Below, one piece after another: positions 39,524-49,941 of a DNA stretch of 64,000 bases; position 1 is the stretch's first letter, and each line of letters begins with the position of its first letter. The translations under genes and the position numbers were made by a program. A model generated the notes under the pieces. That model was not told the origin of the DNA, made no database searches, and was given only the letters and a program-made list of their open reading frames with translations. The stretch is from a virus: positions 7,355-71,354 of the IMG/VR virus record IMGVR_UViG_3300022752_000056, one strand, 5' to 3'.

Positions 39524-41104
39524 ATGCCGATAGCAGAAACAAAACTTGTCAAAACAGCTCATGTTACTCAAAAGTATACAGAGCAACAAATTAATGACCT
39601 GATTCAATGTGCAGATCAAGACCACGGACCTCATTACTTTTTAAATAACTTTTTTTACATACAACATCCTGTGAAAGGGAAACTTTTATATAATGCCTAT
39701 GAATACCAAATAAGATTAGTTGATAGTTATCATAAACATAGATTCAACATTAATCTTTTACCAAGGCAAACAGGAAAAACTACTACCGCAGCAGGTTACC
39801 TATTATGGTACGCCATGTTTAATCCGGACAGTACAATTCTTGTAGCAGCACACAAATATACTGGTGCTCAAGAAATCATGCATAAGATACGAACCGCTTA
39901 TGAATTATGTCCCGATCATATTAGGGGTGGTGTTGTAAGTTATAATAAACAGAGCATAGAGTTTGATAACGGATCACGAATCGTAGCACAGACTACAACA
40001 GAAACAACAGGTCGTGGTATGAGTATTTCTTTACTCTATGCTGACGAGTTTGCCTTCGTAGAACCAAACATAGCTACAGAATTCTGGACTTCAATCCGAC
40101 CTACATTAGCAACTGGCGGTAAGGCCATACTTACATCTACGCCTAACTCCGATGAAGACCAGTTCGCAATGATTTGGAAAGAAGCTAACTATAGATTTGA
40201 CGATCATGGTAATTCTACAGAACTAGGACGCAACGGGTTCTTCCCGTTTAAGGCTCACTGGAGTGAACACCCTGAAAGAGATGAAAAATGGGCTAGCGTT
40301 GAACGTGCAAGTATCGGTGAAGAACGATTTCGTCGTGAACACGAGTGTGAATTTTTAGTATTCGATGAAACACTTATCAACAGTATTTGTCTGGCAGAAT
40401 TAGAAGGTACGGAACCTTTTATGCGCATGGGTCAATGTCGTTGGTATAAACGTATTAATCCTAAAATGACCTATATAGTTGCTTTAGACCCAAGTTTAGG
40501 AACAGGCGGTGATCCGGCTGCTATACAGGTCTTAGAAATACCTACATTTAGGCAAATGGCAGAATGGAGTCATAACTTAACCAATATCCAATCACAGGTT
40601 AGAATACTCAGAGATATTTGTAATTTTATAAATGAAAAATGTACCGCCAAAGGTCAAACGGCTAGTTTGTACTACAGTGTAGAAAATAATGCGGTAGGAG
40701 AAGCCGCACTGGTTGCGATTGAGGAAATGGGGGAAGAAAGTATTCCTGGAATGTTTTTAAGTGAACCTATTAAAAAAGGACATGTTAGAAGATTTAGAAG
40801 AGGATTCAATACTACTCATAGTAGTAAAATATCTGTATGTGCTAAATTAAAACATCTTATAGAAACAAAAAGATTAGAAATTAGTAGTAAACCTTTAATA
40901 TCGGAATTAAAATCTTTTGTAGCTAAGGGCATTAGTTTTCAAGGTAAACAAGGATCAAATGATGATCTTGTCAGCAGTATGTTATTGGCTATTCGAATGA
41001 CGGTGATGTTACAAGATTGGGATCCGGCAATTTATGAAAAATTACGTGAAGAACGTGATGATGAATTTGTCATGCCCATGCCTATATATGTTAATAGTTA
41101 TTGA
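39524..41104 (+). CDS. g17: Terminase large subunit (gp17-like)
   Basis: PRQTGKTT Walker A, LYADEFAF Walker B, TSTPN, ALDPS.G.GGD, ENN and DDLV nuclease motifs; no intein. Confidence 0.96.
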   Translation: MPIAETKLVKTAHVTQKYTEQQINDLIQCADQDHGPHYFLNNFFYIQHPVKGKLLYNAYEYQIRLVDSYHKHRFNINLLPRQTGKTTTAAGYLLWYAMFNPDSTILVAAHKYTGAQEIMHKIRTAYELCPDHIRGGVVSYNKQSIEFDNGSRIVAQTTTETTGRGMSISLLYADEFAFVEPNIATEFWTSIRPTLATGGKAILTSTPNSDEDQFAMIWKEANYRFDDHGNSTELGRNGFFPFKAHWSEHPERDEKWASVERASIGEERFRREHECEFLVFDETLINSICLAELEGTEPFMRMGQCRWYKRINPKMTYIVALDPSLGTGGDPAAIQVLEIPTFRQMAEWSHNLTNIQSQVRILRDICNFINEKCTAKGQTASLYYSVENNAVGEAALVAIEEMGEESIPGMFLSEPIKKGHVRRFRRGFNTTHSSKISVCAKLKHLIETKRLEISSKPLISELKSFVAKGISFQGKQGSNDDLVSSMLLAIRMTVMLQDWDPAIYEKLREERDDEFVMPMPIYVNSY

Positions 41105-41117
41105 TAAATATTAAATT

Positions 41118-43460
41118 ATGAAAGCTATACAGATAATCAGCCAAGATCTTTTCGACAAAGTTCGTTCACGTTTTACAAATTTAGAAATGGGCGACGAAGC
41201 AGGTGCTATTACTATCGACCCAGCAGAAGCTCGGTTTTTCGACTTCGACTTTGTTAAGGAAGGTGTTAATTTAGGGCGTGTTAGCATAAGTTTAGGTGAC
41301 CTAGGCAGCTTAAAGATATATTACAGTCAAGGCATAACAGAAGGGCAAGATGATATAGCTAAACAAGTATGGTACGATTTTTTAAAAGAAATGAGATTTT
41401 TCGCCATGCGTAGGTTATTAAGATTTGATACAAGAGATATAGCAAAAACAAAGTTAGACAAAAATGATTTTCAACATCTTGCTGCTACACAAGGGCCAAA
41501 GGAAGATAATATGAATATGACAGAATCACGATGGAACCATAAAAGTTCTAAAAAAACAAGTCGAGCTGTAAGAGGAGCTACAGAAGTTATTGTTAGACAT
41601 CACAACGCAGTTGACGAAACATATCCAGGTTCCCGCAGCCAACGAAAAAATATTAAGGCAATTTTCATTCAAAATAAAGAAGGTGAGAGATTTAAGTATC
41701 CATTCATTCACATAGCAGGTGCAATGGCCATGGGCCAACATATTGATCACGGTGGTGTTCCACATGACCCTGCAGGCAAGGCTATTATGCGCATGAGTGA
41801 ACAAATTGCACAGTTACAGGAATTTCAAAGACAGGTACAGCATAGTCAATTGCATGATGACGCTTTAGGAATCACAGAAAGAGCCGTAGGCCGTTTACAC
41901 GAATTAAAATCACAAGTTGAGGCATTGGGAAAGCGTCATCATTATGAGGCATGGGTGGCAGAATTTAATGAACAAGAACAACCTATAATGGCAGATCTAG
42001 ATCCAGTTACTATGGAACAGTATAAATCAAAATTTACACAAAGTTCATTTAACGAGAATCTTGCAAGTTTATTTCCATTAATACATAGTATTATGCAAGA
42101 AACTAATACAGTAGATCTAGAAGAATATACAGAAAACTATGAGCAAAATGAAGAAATTTTAGGCGCACTAGGCGGGGCAGCAATAGGAGGATTAGCAGGA
42201 GGACCTCTAGGCGCTCTTACAGGTGCAGCAGCGGGCGATTCTCTAACAGATCCAGATGCAGACGAAGTAGAAAAAGATAAAAAAGAAGATGCATTTTCTA
42301 AATTTGAAAATTGGGCAGATGCAGTAGCAGAAAACGACATACCAGATGATCAAAAAGAAAACCTAAAGACAGAACTAGATAACCTCAAGGCAACAGGACA
42401 AAAATTAGAACTAGGCAACGCATATCAATTTTTTAATGAATTTGGCATAGAAAACGATGATTTAGAAGATAAGTTTGACGCGGCGGCTAAAGAGTTTCCA
42501 GACATGGATCCACTAGAAGTATTTGCTGCCTGGGCCATGGAAGAAGGTAAAACTGACCTATTAGATTATCTCGGTTTAACACCCGAAGAACAACCGGCAG
42601 AACAACCTCCTGCAGAACAACCTCCTGCAGAACAACCTCCTGCAGAACCAGCCGCTGCACCTGCACCAGAACCACCTGTAGCAGAAGGAAAGGGCATGGA
42701 TGCTATGATACAAGAGGTTGCAAAAATTGTAAAAAGTTTTTATAATAGAGATAATCCTAACGTTGGTCCTTTCCGCGGCGAAGAAGGCATTGCCATTGAT
42801 GTGGAAAAAAAGATTAGCGAAAAGTTCGGAGAAAAAGCAGGCGTTCAGGCTCGTATGGTGGCAGAAAAATTCATGCAAAAATTAACACAGGAGTGGTCAA
42901 TGCGACATAAAGGCAATAAACTAATGGGTGAGAAAGGCATGGCAGAAGGATCTGGAGAGGCAATTTTCTCAAAGATTGCCTCAAGTGGCGATGATTCCTA
43001 TGACATGATCTATGATGGATTAGTTGGTAAATTCGGTGAAGAATCCAGAGCCGCACTACAAGACATGTATGACGAAATCGCAGTCAATTCTAGATTACAT
43101 CCAGACGATGATTTTGAGGAAATACAAAGTCGTATGCTTGACCGGATAGAACAGCAATACGGTATGTCAGAGCAGCCAGATGAAGGCAATGCTTTCGGTA
43201 TGCAGGCTAGGTATGCAGACAAAGGCGACAAGTTCAAAGTAGGCGATCAAGAATACATTAAGTCCGAAGACGATGCTGCCCTAGAAGCAATGAGCCGTCA
43301 TGCCAAAGGTTGGGAGAAATATGGACCAGGCATGAAAGAATTAGCCAAGGCAGGCAAGGAAGGCGCTAGCGAAAAAGAAATGGATCGCATACGCAAAAAA
43401 CATGATAGATATGACGAAGAAGTTGAACTGATTCGCAGGCTGTCAGGATTGGCAAAATAA
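41118..43460 (+). CDS. Large late protein with acidic C-half (internal head/ejection candidate)
   Basis: 780 aa; late box 7 nt upstream; EQPPA repeats; ends IRRLSGLAK, like the scaffold IRKLAGLK. Confidence 0.7.
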   Translation: MKAIQIISQDLFDKVRSRFTNLEMGDEAGAITIDPAEARFFDFDFVKEGVNLGRVSISLGDLGSLKIYYSQGITEGQDDIAKQVWYDFLKEMRFFAMRRLLRFDTRDIAKTKLDKNDFQHLAATQGPKEDNMNMTESRWNHKSSKKTSRAVRGATEVIVRHHNAVDETYPGSRSQRKNIKAIFIQNKEGERFKYPFIHIAGAMAMGQHIDHGGVPHDPAGKAIMRMSEQIAQLQEFQRQVQHSQLHDDALGITERAVGRLHELKSQVEALGKRHHYEAWVAEFNEQEQPIMADLDPVTMEQYKSKFTQSSFNENLASLFPLIHSIMQETNTVDLEEYTENYEQNEEILGALGGAAIGGLAGGPLGALTGAAAGDSLTDPDADEVEKDKKEDAFSKFENWADAVAENDIPDDQKENLKTELDNLKATGQKLELGNAYQFFNEFGIENDDLEDKFDAAAKEFPDMDPLEVFAAWAMEEGKTDLLDYLGLTPEEQPAEQPPAEQPPAEQPPAEPAAAPAPEPPVAEGKGMDAMIQEVAKIVKSFYNRDNPNVGPFRGEEGIAIDVEKKISEKFGEKAGVQARMVAEKFMQKLTQEWSMRHKGNKLMGEKGMAEGSGEAIFSKIASSGDDSYDMIYDGLVGKFGEESRAALQDMYDEIAVNSRLHPDDDFEEIQSRMLDRIEQQYGMSEQPDEGNAFGMQARYADKGDKFKVGDQEYIKSEDDAALEAMSRHAKGWEKYGPGMKELAKAGKEGASEKEMDRIRKKHDRYDEEVELIRRLSGLAK
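42588..42650 (+). repeat. 15-bp tandem repeat GAACAACCTCCTGCA (EQPPA), three perfect copies plus degenerate flanks
   Basis: Directly visible. Confidence 0.9.
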
Positions 43461-43484
43461 CCACATTATTCAACCGGTTTAGAG

Positions 43485-43596
43485 TTGACATAATAAATAA
43501 AAGTGCGTATAGTTATCTATATGCACTTTTTCTTTTTAGTCAGTGGGCTATTAAGAAGTGGCAAAAACAAAGGCATAAACATTAAGGAGATATATT
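43485..43596 (+). promoter_or_regulatory. Composite sigma70 promoter, late box, terminator-like hairpin and structured leader of the gp32 gene
   Basis: TTGACA(43485)-17 nt-TATAGT(43508) with TAAATA in the spacer; AAAAGTGCGTATAG/CTATATGCACTTTT stem; second hairpin at about 43530-43558. Confidence 0.65.
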
Positions 43597-44559
43597 ATGG
43601 CAACTTTGGCAGAAATCCGCGCTAAACTTCAACAAAGCGCACAACAAACCGGCGGTATGGGCGGTGACAACGCAATCTTTCCACACTGGAACATCCAAGA
43701 AGGCACAACTGTAACAGTTCGCTTCCTTCCAGATGGTGATTCTTCAAATACCTTTTTCTGGCTTGAAAGAGCAATGATTAAATTGCCCTTTGCCGGTGTA
43801 AAAGGTGAAACTAATTCTAAACCTACTCAAGTTCAAGTTCCTTGTATGGAAATGTGGGGTGAAACTTGCCCTATTCTAACAGAAGTTCGCCCTTGGTTTA
43901 AGGACAAGAGTCTTGAGGATATGGGTCGTAAGTATTGGAAGAAAAAGTCTTATCTTTTCCAAGGCTTTGTAGTTGACAGCAAGTTCAAAGAAGATCGCAC
44001 TCCAGACAATCCTATCCGTAGATTCATCATTGGTAGTCAAATTTTTAATATTGTTAAAAACGCTCTTATGGACAGTGAAATTGAGGAACTGCCCACAGAC
44101 TTTGTTCGTGGACTAGATTTTAAAATCACTAAAACTTCAAAAGGTGGTTACGCAGATTATTCTACTTCAACTTGGGCTCGTAGAGAACGTGCTCTGAGTG
44201 AACTAGAACAGGCCGCAATCAAGCAATATGGTTTGTTCAGCCTCAAAGATTTCCTGCCAAAGAAACCAGGTGAAGTTGAACTCAAGGTTATTAAAGAAAT
44301 GTTTGAAGCATCAGTAGATGGTGAAGCATTTGACATGGATCGTTGGGGTCAATACTACAAACCCGCAGGTATGGGCGGAAATACAGAAGATTCTGTCGCT
44401 AGGTCTAACAACACAAAATTAGAATCTAAAGCAGAGCATCATGAAGAAGATGTAGCACATGAGCAGGAAATTAAACAAGAAAAACCTGCTGCAGGATCAG
44501 ATGCTTCAAGTCGAGCTGCTGATATTATAGCTATGATTCGTAGTCGTACTAAAGAATAA
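43597..44559 (+). CDS. g32: Single-stranded DNA-binding protein (gp32-like)
   Basis: VRFLPD, C....GETCPI, KYWKKKSY, G.DFKITKT..GGYADYSTS motifs. Confidence 0.9.
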   Translation: MATLAEIRAKLQQSAQQTGGMGGDNAIFPHWNIQEGTTVTVRFLPDGDSSNTFFWLERAMIKLPFAGVKGETNSKPTQVQVPCMEMWGETCPILTEVRPWFKDKSLEDMGRKYWKKKSYLFQGFVVDSKFKEDRTPDNPIRRFIIGSQIFNIVKNALMDSEIEELPTDFVRGLDFKITKTSKGGYADYSTSTWARRERALSELEQAAIKQYGLFSLKDFLPKKPGEVELKVIKEMFEASVDGEAFDMDRWGQYYKPAGMGGNTEDSVARSNNTKLESKAEHHEEDVAHEQEIKQEKPAAGSDASSRAADIIAMIRSRTKE

Positions 44560-44571
44560 TAGGAGACTACC

Positions 44572-44799
44572 GTGGCAAAAACTTTAAAAGTTAATGAGAA
44601 CTTTTCTCTCGTTTTTAATAGCAGAGAAGACCAAACTGGTGATACTGTAATGGATTGTAATATTAATTTTGACAATCCTAAAGATGATTCCACAGTTATT
44701 CATAGGCTAAACACTTGGCTTAGAGCGATTGGTAGAAACAATATTGTTGTTTCACCAAAAGAATCAACAAAAGGAGTCCTCGATGGGAAAAGCATTTGA
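44572..44799 (+). CDS. Hypothetical protein
   Basis: GTG start with AGGAG SD, between gp32 and UvsX. Confidence 0.65.
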   Translation: MAKTLKVNENFSLVFNSREDQTGDTVMDCNINFDNPKDDSTVIHRLNTWLRAIGRNNIVVSPKESTKGVLDGKSI

Positions 44800-45841
44800 C
44801 ATTACAAAATTTCGCAAATCTTTGACAAAAAGTATAGACGGTTTAGGAATTGGATTCAATGATCCTACAGATTGGATTTCAACTGGTAACTATGCGCTAA
44901 ATTACCTTATCTCAGGAGACTTCTTCAAGGGGGTTCCCCTTGGTAAGGTCACAGTGTTTGCCGGTGAATCAGGAGCAGGTAAGAGTTATATTTGTTCAGG
45001 CAATATTATTCGTCATGCTCAAGAACAAGATATCTTTTGTATTTTAATAGACTCTGAAAACGCCTTAGACGAAGCATGGCTACATGCACTTGGTGTAGAT
45101 ACAAGAGAAAATAAACTTCTTAAATTGAATATGGCAATGATCGACGATGTTGCTAAAACGATTAATGAGTTTATGAAAGAATATAAATCTATGCCCGAGG
45201 ATGAACGTCCTAAGGTATTGTTTGTAATCGATTCATTAGGAATGTTAATGACTCCGACTGATGTAAATCAGTTTGAATCTGGAGATCTAAAAGGTGACAT
45301 GGGGCGTAAACCTAAGGCATTAACTGCTTTGGTACGTAATTGTGTAAATATGTTTGGTTCTTACAATGTAGGACTTGTAGCAACTAATCATACCTATGCT
45401 AGCCAAGATATGTTTGACCCAGACGATAAAATCTCAGGCGGACAAGGATTTATCTATGCTTCAAGTATTGTTGTTGCCATGAAAAAACTCAAATTAAAAG
45501 AGGATGATGAGGGCAATAAAGTAAGTGATGTATTAGGTATTCGTTCAGCATGTAAAATTATGAAAACTAGATATGCAAAACCATTTGAAAGCGTTCAAGT
45601 CAAAATTCCTTACTCAACAGGTATGAGTCCTACAAGCGGTTTGGTAGATATGTTTGAAAAAATGAACGTAATTTCAAAAACAGGTAATAAACTTTCATAT
45701 ACTAGCAAAAAAACTGGGGAAATTATTTCCGAATTTCGTAAGAACTGGACAGAAGATAAACTTATGAAAATTATGTTAGAATGGGATGAATCTTCTATAC
45801 AATCTGTTAGTTCAGATACCGTAGAAACAGAGGAAATGTAA
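44783..45841 (+). CDS. uvsX: RecA-like recombinase UvsX
   Basis: AGESGAGKS, IDSENALD, VIDSLG, NHTY and SGG.G..YASS motifs; ATG at 44783 with AAGGAG. Confidence 0.95.
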   Translation: MGKAFDITKFRKSLTKSIDGLGIGFNDPTDWISTGNYALNYLISGDFFKGVPLGKVTVFAGESGAGKSYICSGNIIRHAQEQDIFCILIDSENALDEAWLHALGVDTRENKLLKLNMAMIDDVAKTINEFMKEYKSMPEDERPKVLFVIDSLGMLMTPTDVNQFESGDLKGDMGRKPKALTALVRNCVNMFGSYNVGLVATNHTYASQDMFDPDDKISGGQGFIYASSIVVAMKKLKLKEDDEGNKVSDVLGIRSACKIMKTRYAKPFESVQVKIPYSTGMSPTSGLVDMFEKMNVISKTGNKLSYTSKKTGEIISEFRKNWTEDKLMKIMLEWDESSIQSVSSDTVETEEM

Positions 45842-46098
45842 TGGATGAAGATTTAATTATTGAAATTTGGGAAACTTTCAGGGATCATATTCCTGAAAAA
45901 ACTCGAGGGGTCGCGGCAGACCAATTTGTTGACTGGTTAGTTGACAAAGACACAGACACAGGAACGCTAGAAGGGTTAAAAGGCTATGATCCTCATTTAG
46001 ACGACGCTTTAGAATCGGTTCTTAATAGCGAAGATGAAGAGGATGATGTAGATGATGACTCTGATTATGACTGGGGTGAAGAAGAAGAGGATTACTAA
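45841..46098 (+). CDS. Small acidic hypothetical protein
   Basis: 85 aa, coupled to both neighbours by TAATG overlaps; D/E-rich tail. Confidence 0.7.
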   Translation: MDEDLIIEIWETFRDHIPEKTRGVAADQFVDWLVDKDTDTGTLEGLKGYDPHLDDALESVLNSEDEEDDVDDDSDYDWGEEEEDY

Positions 46099-46553
46099 TG
46101 AGATGGTATTCAAAAGTCAGTAGTGATATTAGTAATCTTCCTGGCTGTATTGAATACTTCTACAAAGAATTAGAAATAGCAAAGGCCGAAGCAAGAATAC
46201 ATGGAAATGTAGAGAAAGCTTCGGCCTCTTTGCCTGGTATTGTAGAACAGAGATTCAATCAGTTACAAGAAATCGAAGGTATATTAGAATATCTTAACAT
46301 AGAATTAAGAAGAACACGTAGTAAGGTGTTTAAAAAATATTTAGAAAATTATCAACGTGCGCTCTCAAGCAGAGATGTTGAAAAATATGTGGATGGCGAA
46401 GCAGATGTGGTTGACATGGAAAAAATTATTAACGAATTTGCCTTATTGCGTAATCAATGGTTAGGAATTATCAAAGGGCTAGATATTAAACAGTGGCAAT
46501 TAAGTAATATTATAAAATTACGAACTGCTGGATTAGAAGATATTACTCTGTAA
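46098..46553 (+). CDS. uvsY: Recombination mediator UvsY-like
   Basis: Helical; YVDGEAD..K..KQWQLSNIIKLR pattern; located between UvsX and UvsW. Confidence 0.75.
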   Translation: MRWYSKVSSDISNLPGCIEYFYKELEIAKAEARIHGNVEKASASLPGIVEQRFNQLQEIEGILEYLNIELRRTRSKVFKKYLENYQRALSSRDVEKYVDGEADVVDMEKIINEFALLRNQWLGIIKGLDIKQWQLSNIIKLRTAGLEDITL

Positions 46554-46562
46554 TTGAATATT

Positions 46563-47753
46563 ATGTATATAGAAGACATCATAACACAAGTTTCACAAAA
46601 TTTTAACCACTTGAACAGATTTGATAAAACTATTGTATTGAGTTTTTCTGAGCAGATATATAATGGTAAAGGTTTTACAGAAAAACAATCACAATTGGCT
46701 GTAAAAATCCTTAATAGATATGCCAAACCCATAAATCTTTCTTTAGGGTATGATATTAAACCATTTATTACCAATCCTGTGTTTAAATTTCAATTGAGAA
46801 AAATTAATTTGGATAAAAAAATCTCAATTGATATAGATGAAAACAATGAAAAATATATTTCTGTAATTTTTCCATATGATGAAAAGTTAGTTCAAAAATT
46901 TAGGCAGGCCAAAGAAACTTTTAATCTTTGTATTTGGGATCCAGACAAAAAATGTTGGGTTTTTAGCATGGATGAGAGGTCAATTGCATTTCTTTTTAAG
47001 TTAAAAAATGAAATTGCTTTTGAAGTAGACGAGGAAATTCAAAATCTTTTCAAACAAGCTGAAGATATTTTTTCTAATATAGAAAAATATATACCTGTAA
47101 TTGACATTGATAATAATCAGGCAAAAATCATTAATAATTTACCTTATTTTCCTGAAATTTCGTCTAAAGATTTGTTAAAATCTGTCTTTTTAGCTCGTGA
47201 TTTATCAGTAACTACTTGGAGTGAACAAGTAGATATGTTGTTAAAAGAAAAAGTCGAAAATTTACCTATTTTAGAATTTTTAAATCACCCGCCTGGTGAA
47301 ATTTATCATTGGAATTACGAAAAATTCCCAGATGTTGTGCTTTATAACTTTTTAAAATACATCACTCCTGCCCTAATTATTGTTCCTGTAGGTGACGAAT
47401 TTAATATTGTAAGTTATATTGTAGAAAATTTGAAAAAAGTAGGAATAAACACCAGCGAAATTTCAGTATTATTTAGATTACCCAGTGATACAGGTATAGA
47501 ATTTAACAATTTTGTAAAAGATAACACCTTAAACAATATTATAAGCCAAAATATTAACTTTTTTATAATTTGCGGAAAATTTCCCAAGACATTATTACGC
47601 ACTGATGTTAAAATTAACAGTGTAATAAATTATTGTAGTACCAATGCACACTATACCATTCGAGAATTCGTACAAAATCACAAAAATGTTATTAACATGG
47701 TTAAAAAACATAATCAAAAGGAATTATTTTGGCCTCATGCAGAGTCATTATAA
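46563..47753 (+). CDS. Hypothetical protein with HARP-like motif
   Basis: FTEKQ..LA.KIL..Y and FPYDEKLV..F...WDPDKKCWVF; no Walker motifs seen. Confidence 0.6.
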   Translation: MYIEDIITQVSQNFNHLNRFDKTIVLSFSEQIYNGKGFTEKQSQLAVKILNRYAKPINLSLGYDIKPFITNPVFKFQLRKINLDKKISIDIDENNEKYISVIFPYDEKLVQKFRQAKETFNLCIWDPDKKCWVFSMDERSIAFLFKLKNEIAFEVDEEIQNLFKQAEDIFSNIEKYIPVIDIDNNQAKIINNLPYFPEISSKDLLKSVFLARDLSVTTWSEQVDMLLKEKVENLPILEFLNHPPGEIYHWNYEKFPDVVLYNFLKYITPALIIVPVGDEFNIVSYIVENLKKVGINTSEISVLFRLPSDTGIEFNNFVKDNTLNNIISQNINFFIICGKFPKTLLRTDVKINSVINYCSTNAHYTIREFVQNHKNVINMVKKHNQKELFWPHAESL

Positions 47754-49183
47754 AAGACGAAGTAAATGTCAAGATTGAAAATTTAGATCTTGAAACTAGA
47801 AAGGCTCTAGTAAAAAAATTTAAGTTTGAAGATCCTACAGCTAGGTATCGTCCTTCCTATAAATTAGGTCGTTGGGATGGTACTGTGAGCTTTTTTGGTC
47901 TAGGCGGCACCACCTATCTTTCAATGCTTCCTCAGGTTTTAGAATATCTAGAACAAAAGAATTATCAAATTTCGTTAAATGATCAGCGAGCAAATTTCGA
48001 GCTTGCATTTTCTAAAATTTCTGAGGATTTTTGGGGTGAAAAAACATGGCCCAAAGGACACGTTCATGAATTTCAAAGAATTATGTTGAGAGATGATCAG
48101 GTAGATGTTATTAATAAATTTTTAGAAAATCCACAATGCATACAAGAAATAGCCACAGGCTTTGGAAAGACCATAACCACTGCTACCTTGGCAAAATTAT
48201 GTGAAAAATACGGTAGAACTATCACCATTGTACCAAACAAAAGCCTAGTAGAACAAACTGAAGAAGATTTTATAAACTGTGGGCTTGACGTCGGGGTGTA
48301 TTACGGAGATAGAAAAGATATAGGATACACACATACCATTGCAACTTGGCAAAGTTTAAACATTTTAGATAAAAAATCTAAAGATGACGACGATATATTA
48401 AGCCTTGCAGAATTTCTTGAGGGTGTAAACTGTGTAATGGTAGATGAAGTTCACATGGCCAAAGCGGAAGTTCTTAAAAAATTACTAACACAAAATTTAA
48501 GTAATGCTTGTATACGTTGGGGACTTACCGGAACAGTACCTAAACAAGATTTTGAATTTCAAAGCCTACGTGCTAGTCTAGGAGAAGTAGTTAATAGAGT
48601 AGCCGCACATGAATTACAAGATAAAGGTATATTAGCAAACTGTAACGTAAATATTATTCAAACTGCAGAATGGAAAGAATTTGGAAGTTATAAAGAAGAG
48701 TTAAAATATCTCGTGACAGATGACCAACGAATGTGTTATATTAGTAAATTATGTTCAGAAATATCGGAGTCGGGAAATACATTAATTTTAGTGGATAGAA
48801 TAGAAAGCGGTGAGTTTCTTAATTCTAAATTAAAAGACTCAGTTTTTATTTCTGGAAAAGTTAAAACAAAGAATAGAAAAGAAGAATATGACGAAATTCA
48901 AACTGCTGATAACAAGATTATTGTGGCGACTTACGGTGTGGCCGCTGTGGGTATTAATATTCCTAGGATTTTTAATCTGGTTCTTTTGGAACCCGGAAAG
49001 AGCTTTGTCAGGGTTATACAATCTATTGGGCGAGGCATTAGAAGAGCTAAAGATAAAAACCACGTAGAGATCTGGGATCTCACCGCTTCTACCAAATATG
49101 CTAAACGTCATCTCACAGAACGTAAAAAGTTTTACAAGGATGCTCAGTATCCTTTTCAGATACAAAAGGTAAAGTATATATAA
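47729..49183 (+). CDS. uvsW: SF2 DNA helicase UvsW
   Basis: LRDDQ, ATGFGKT, VDEVH, GLTGT and QSIGRGIR motifs. Confidence 0.93.
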   Translation: MASCRVIIKDEVNVKIENLDLETRKALVKKFKFEDPTARYRPSYKLGRWDGTVSFFGLGGTTYLSMLPQVLEYLEQKNYQISLNDQRANFELAFSKISEDFWGEKTWPKGHVHEFQRIMLRDDQVDVINKFLENPQCIQEIATGFGKTITTATLAKLCEKYGRTITIVPNKSLVEQTEEDFINCGLDVGVYYGDRKDIGYTHTIATWQSLNILDKKSKDDDDILSLAEFLEGVNCVMVDEVHMAKAEVLKKLLTQNLSNACIRWGLTGTVPKQDFEFQSLRASLGEVVNRVAAHELQDKGILANCNVNIIQTAEWKEFGSYKEELKYLVTDDQRMCYISKLCSEISESGNTLILVDRIESGEFLNSKLKDSVFISGKVKTKNRKEEYDEIQTADNKIIVATYGVAAVGINIPRIFNLVLLEPGKSFVRVIQSIGRGIRRAKDKNHVEIWDLTASTKYAKRHLTERKKFYKDAQYPFQIQKVKYI

Positions 49184-49686
49184 TGCAAATTTTAACACTC
49201 GACAATAAAGCATTTTTTTTAAATGATCTACCTAAAGAAATAGAGGACGATATGAGGTTTTGTGTATTAGACAATACTGATCCACAAAACCCTGATTACT
49301 TTTTTATTCCATTAATTTTTTTAGAAAGTTTTACAGGACCAGCAGCAGTATTACAAATAGGTGATCAAGAAATTACCATGCCATTAGATTGGTGTACCAT
49401 AGTGGGGGATCCAGAAGTACCAGAAATGGAAGTGTTGCCATTAACCAGTCTAAATGATAGAGGATTTAAAACTTTCTGTTTTAACCCACTAAGTAGTTTT
49501 AAACCAGAATTTTTAGAAATTGATATTATAGATATATATCAGGACATAAAATGGTATTTTCCTAAAATGCGTTCAGGTCAATTATTATGCACCCCGATTC
49601 ATTCTGGAGATAAACCAACTTGTGCATATTTTGTCAAAGAAGTAAATCGGCAAAGTGAAATATTAGATTATACAAGATGCTGGTAA
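49183..49686 (+). CDS. Hypothetical protein
   Basis: 167 aa, beta-rich, coupled to UvsW. Confidence 0.7.
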   Translation: MQILTLDNKAFFLNDLPKEIEDDMRFCVLDNTDPQNPDYFFIPLIFLESFTGPAAVLQIGDQEITMPLDWCTIVGDPEVPEMEVLPLTSLNDRGFKTFCFNPLSSFKPEFLEIDIIDIYQDIKWYFPKMRSGQLLCTPIHSGDKPTCAYFVKEVNRQSEILDYTRCW

Positions 49687-49689
49687 ATT

Positions 49690-49941
49690 ATGAATAAATG
49701 GCCTTATATATTTGAAAGTCCAGATGGAGGCGAAACTGTTTACATAAGACAGTATGGAGAAACTACAAGAAAATTATATCATGTTTCTGATAAGGCCTTG
49801 GAAAAATCCAACGAATTGAAAGAGATAACCTTATGGCATGAAATTAGAAAAGCCGCTAAAACTGATGAGACCTTGCAAAAAGCCATAGAGCAAGTTAAAC
49901 TATTATATTACATAAAGACAAATAATGGCAGCAAAACTTGA
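49690..49941 (+). CDS. Hypothetical protein
   Basis: IFESPDGGETVY.R..G motif; 83 aa. Confidence 0.65.
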   Translation: MNKWPYIFESPDGGETVYIRQYGETTRKLYHVSDKALEKSNELKEITLWHEIRKAAKTDETLQKAIEQVKLLYYIKTNNGSKT

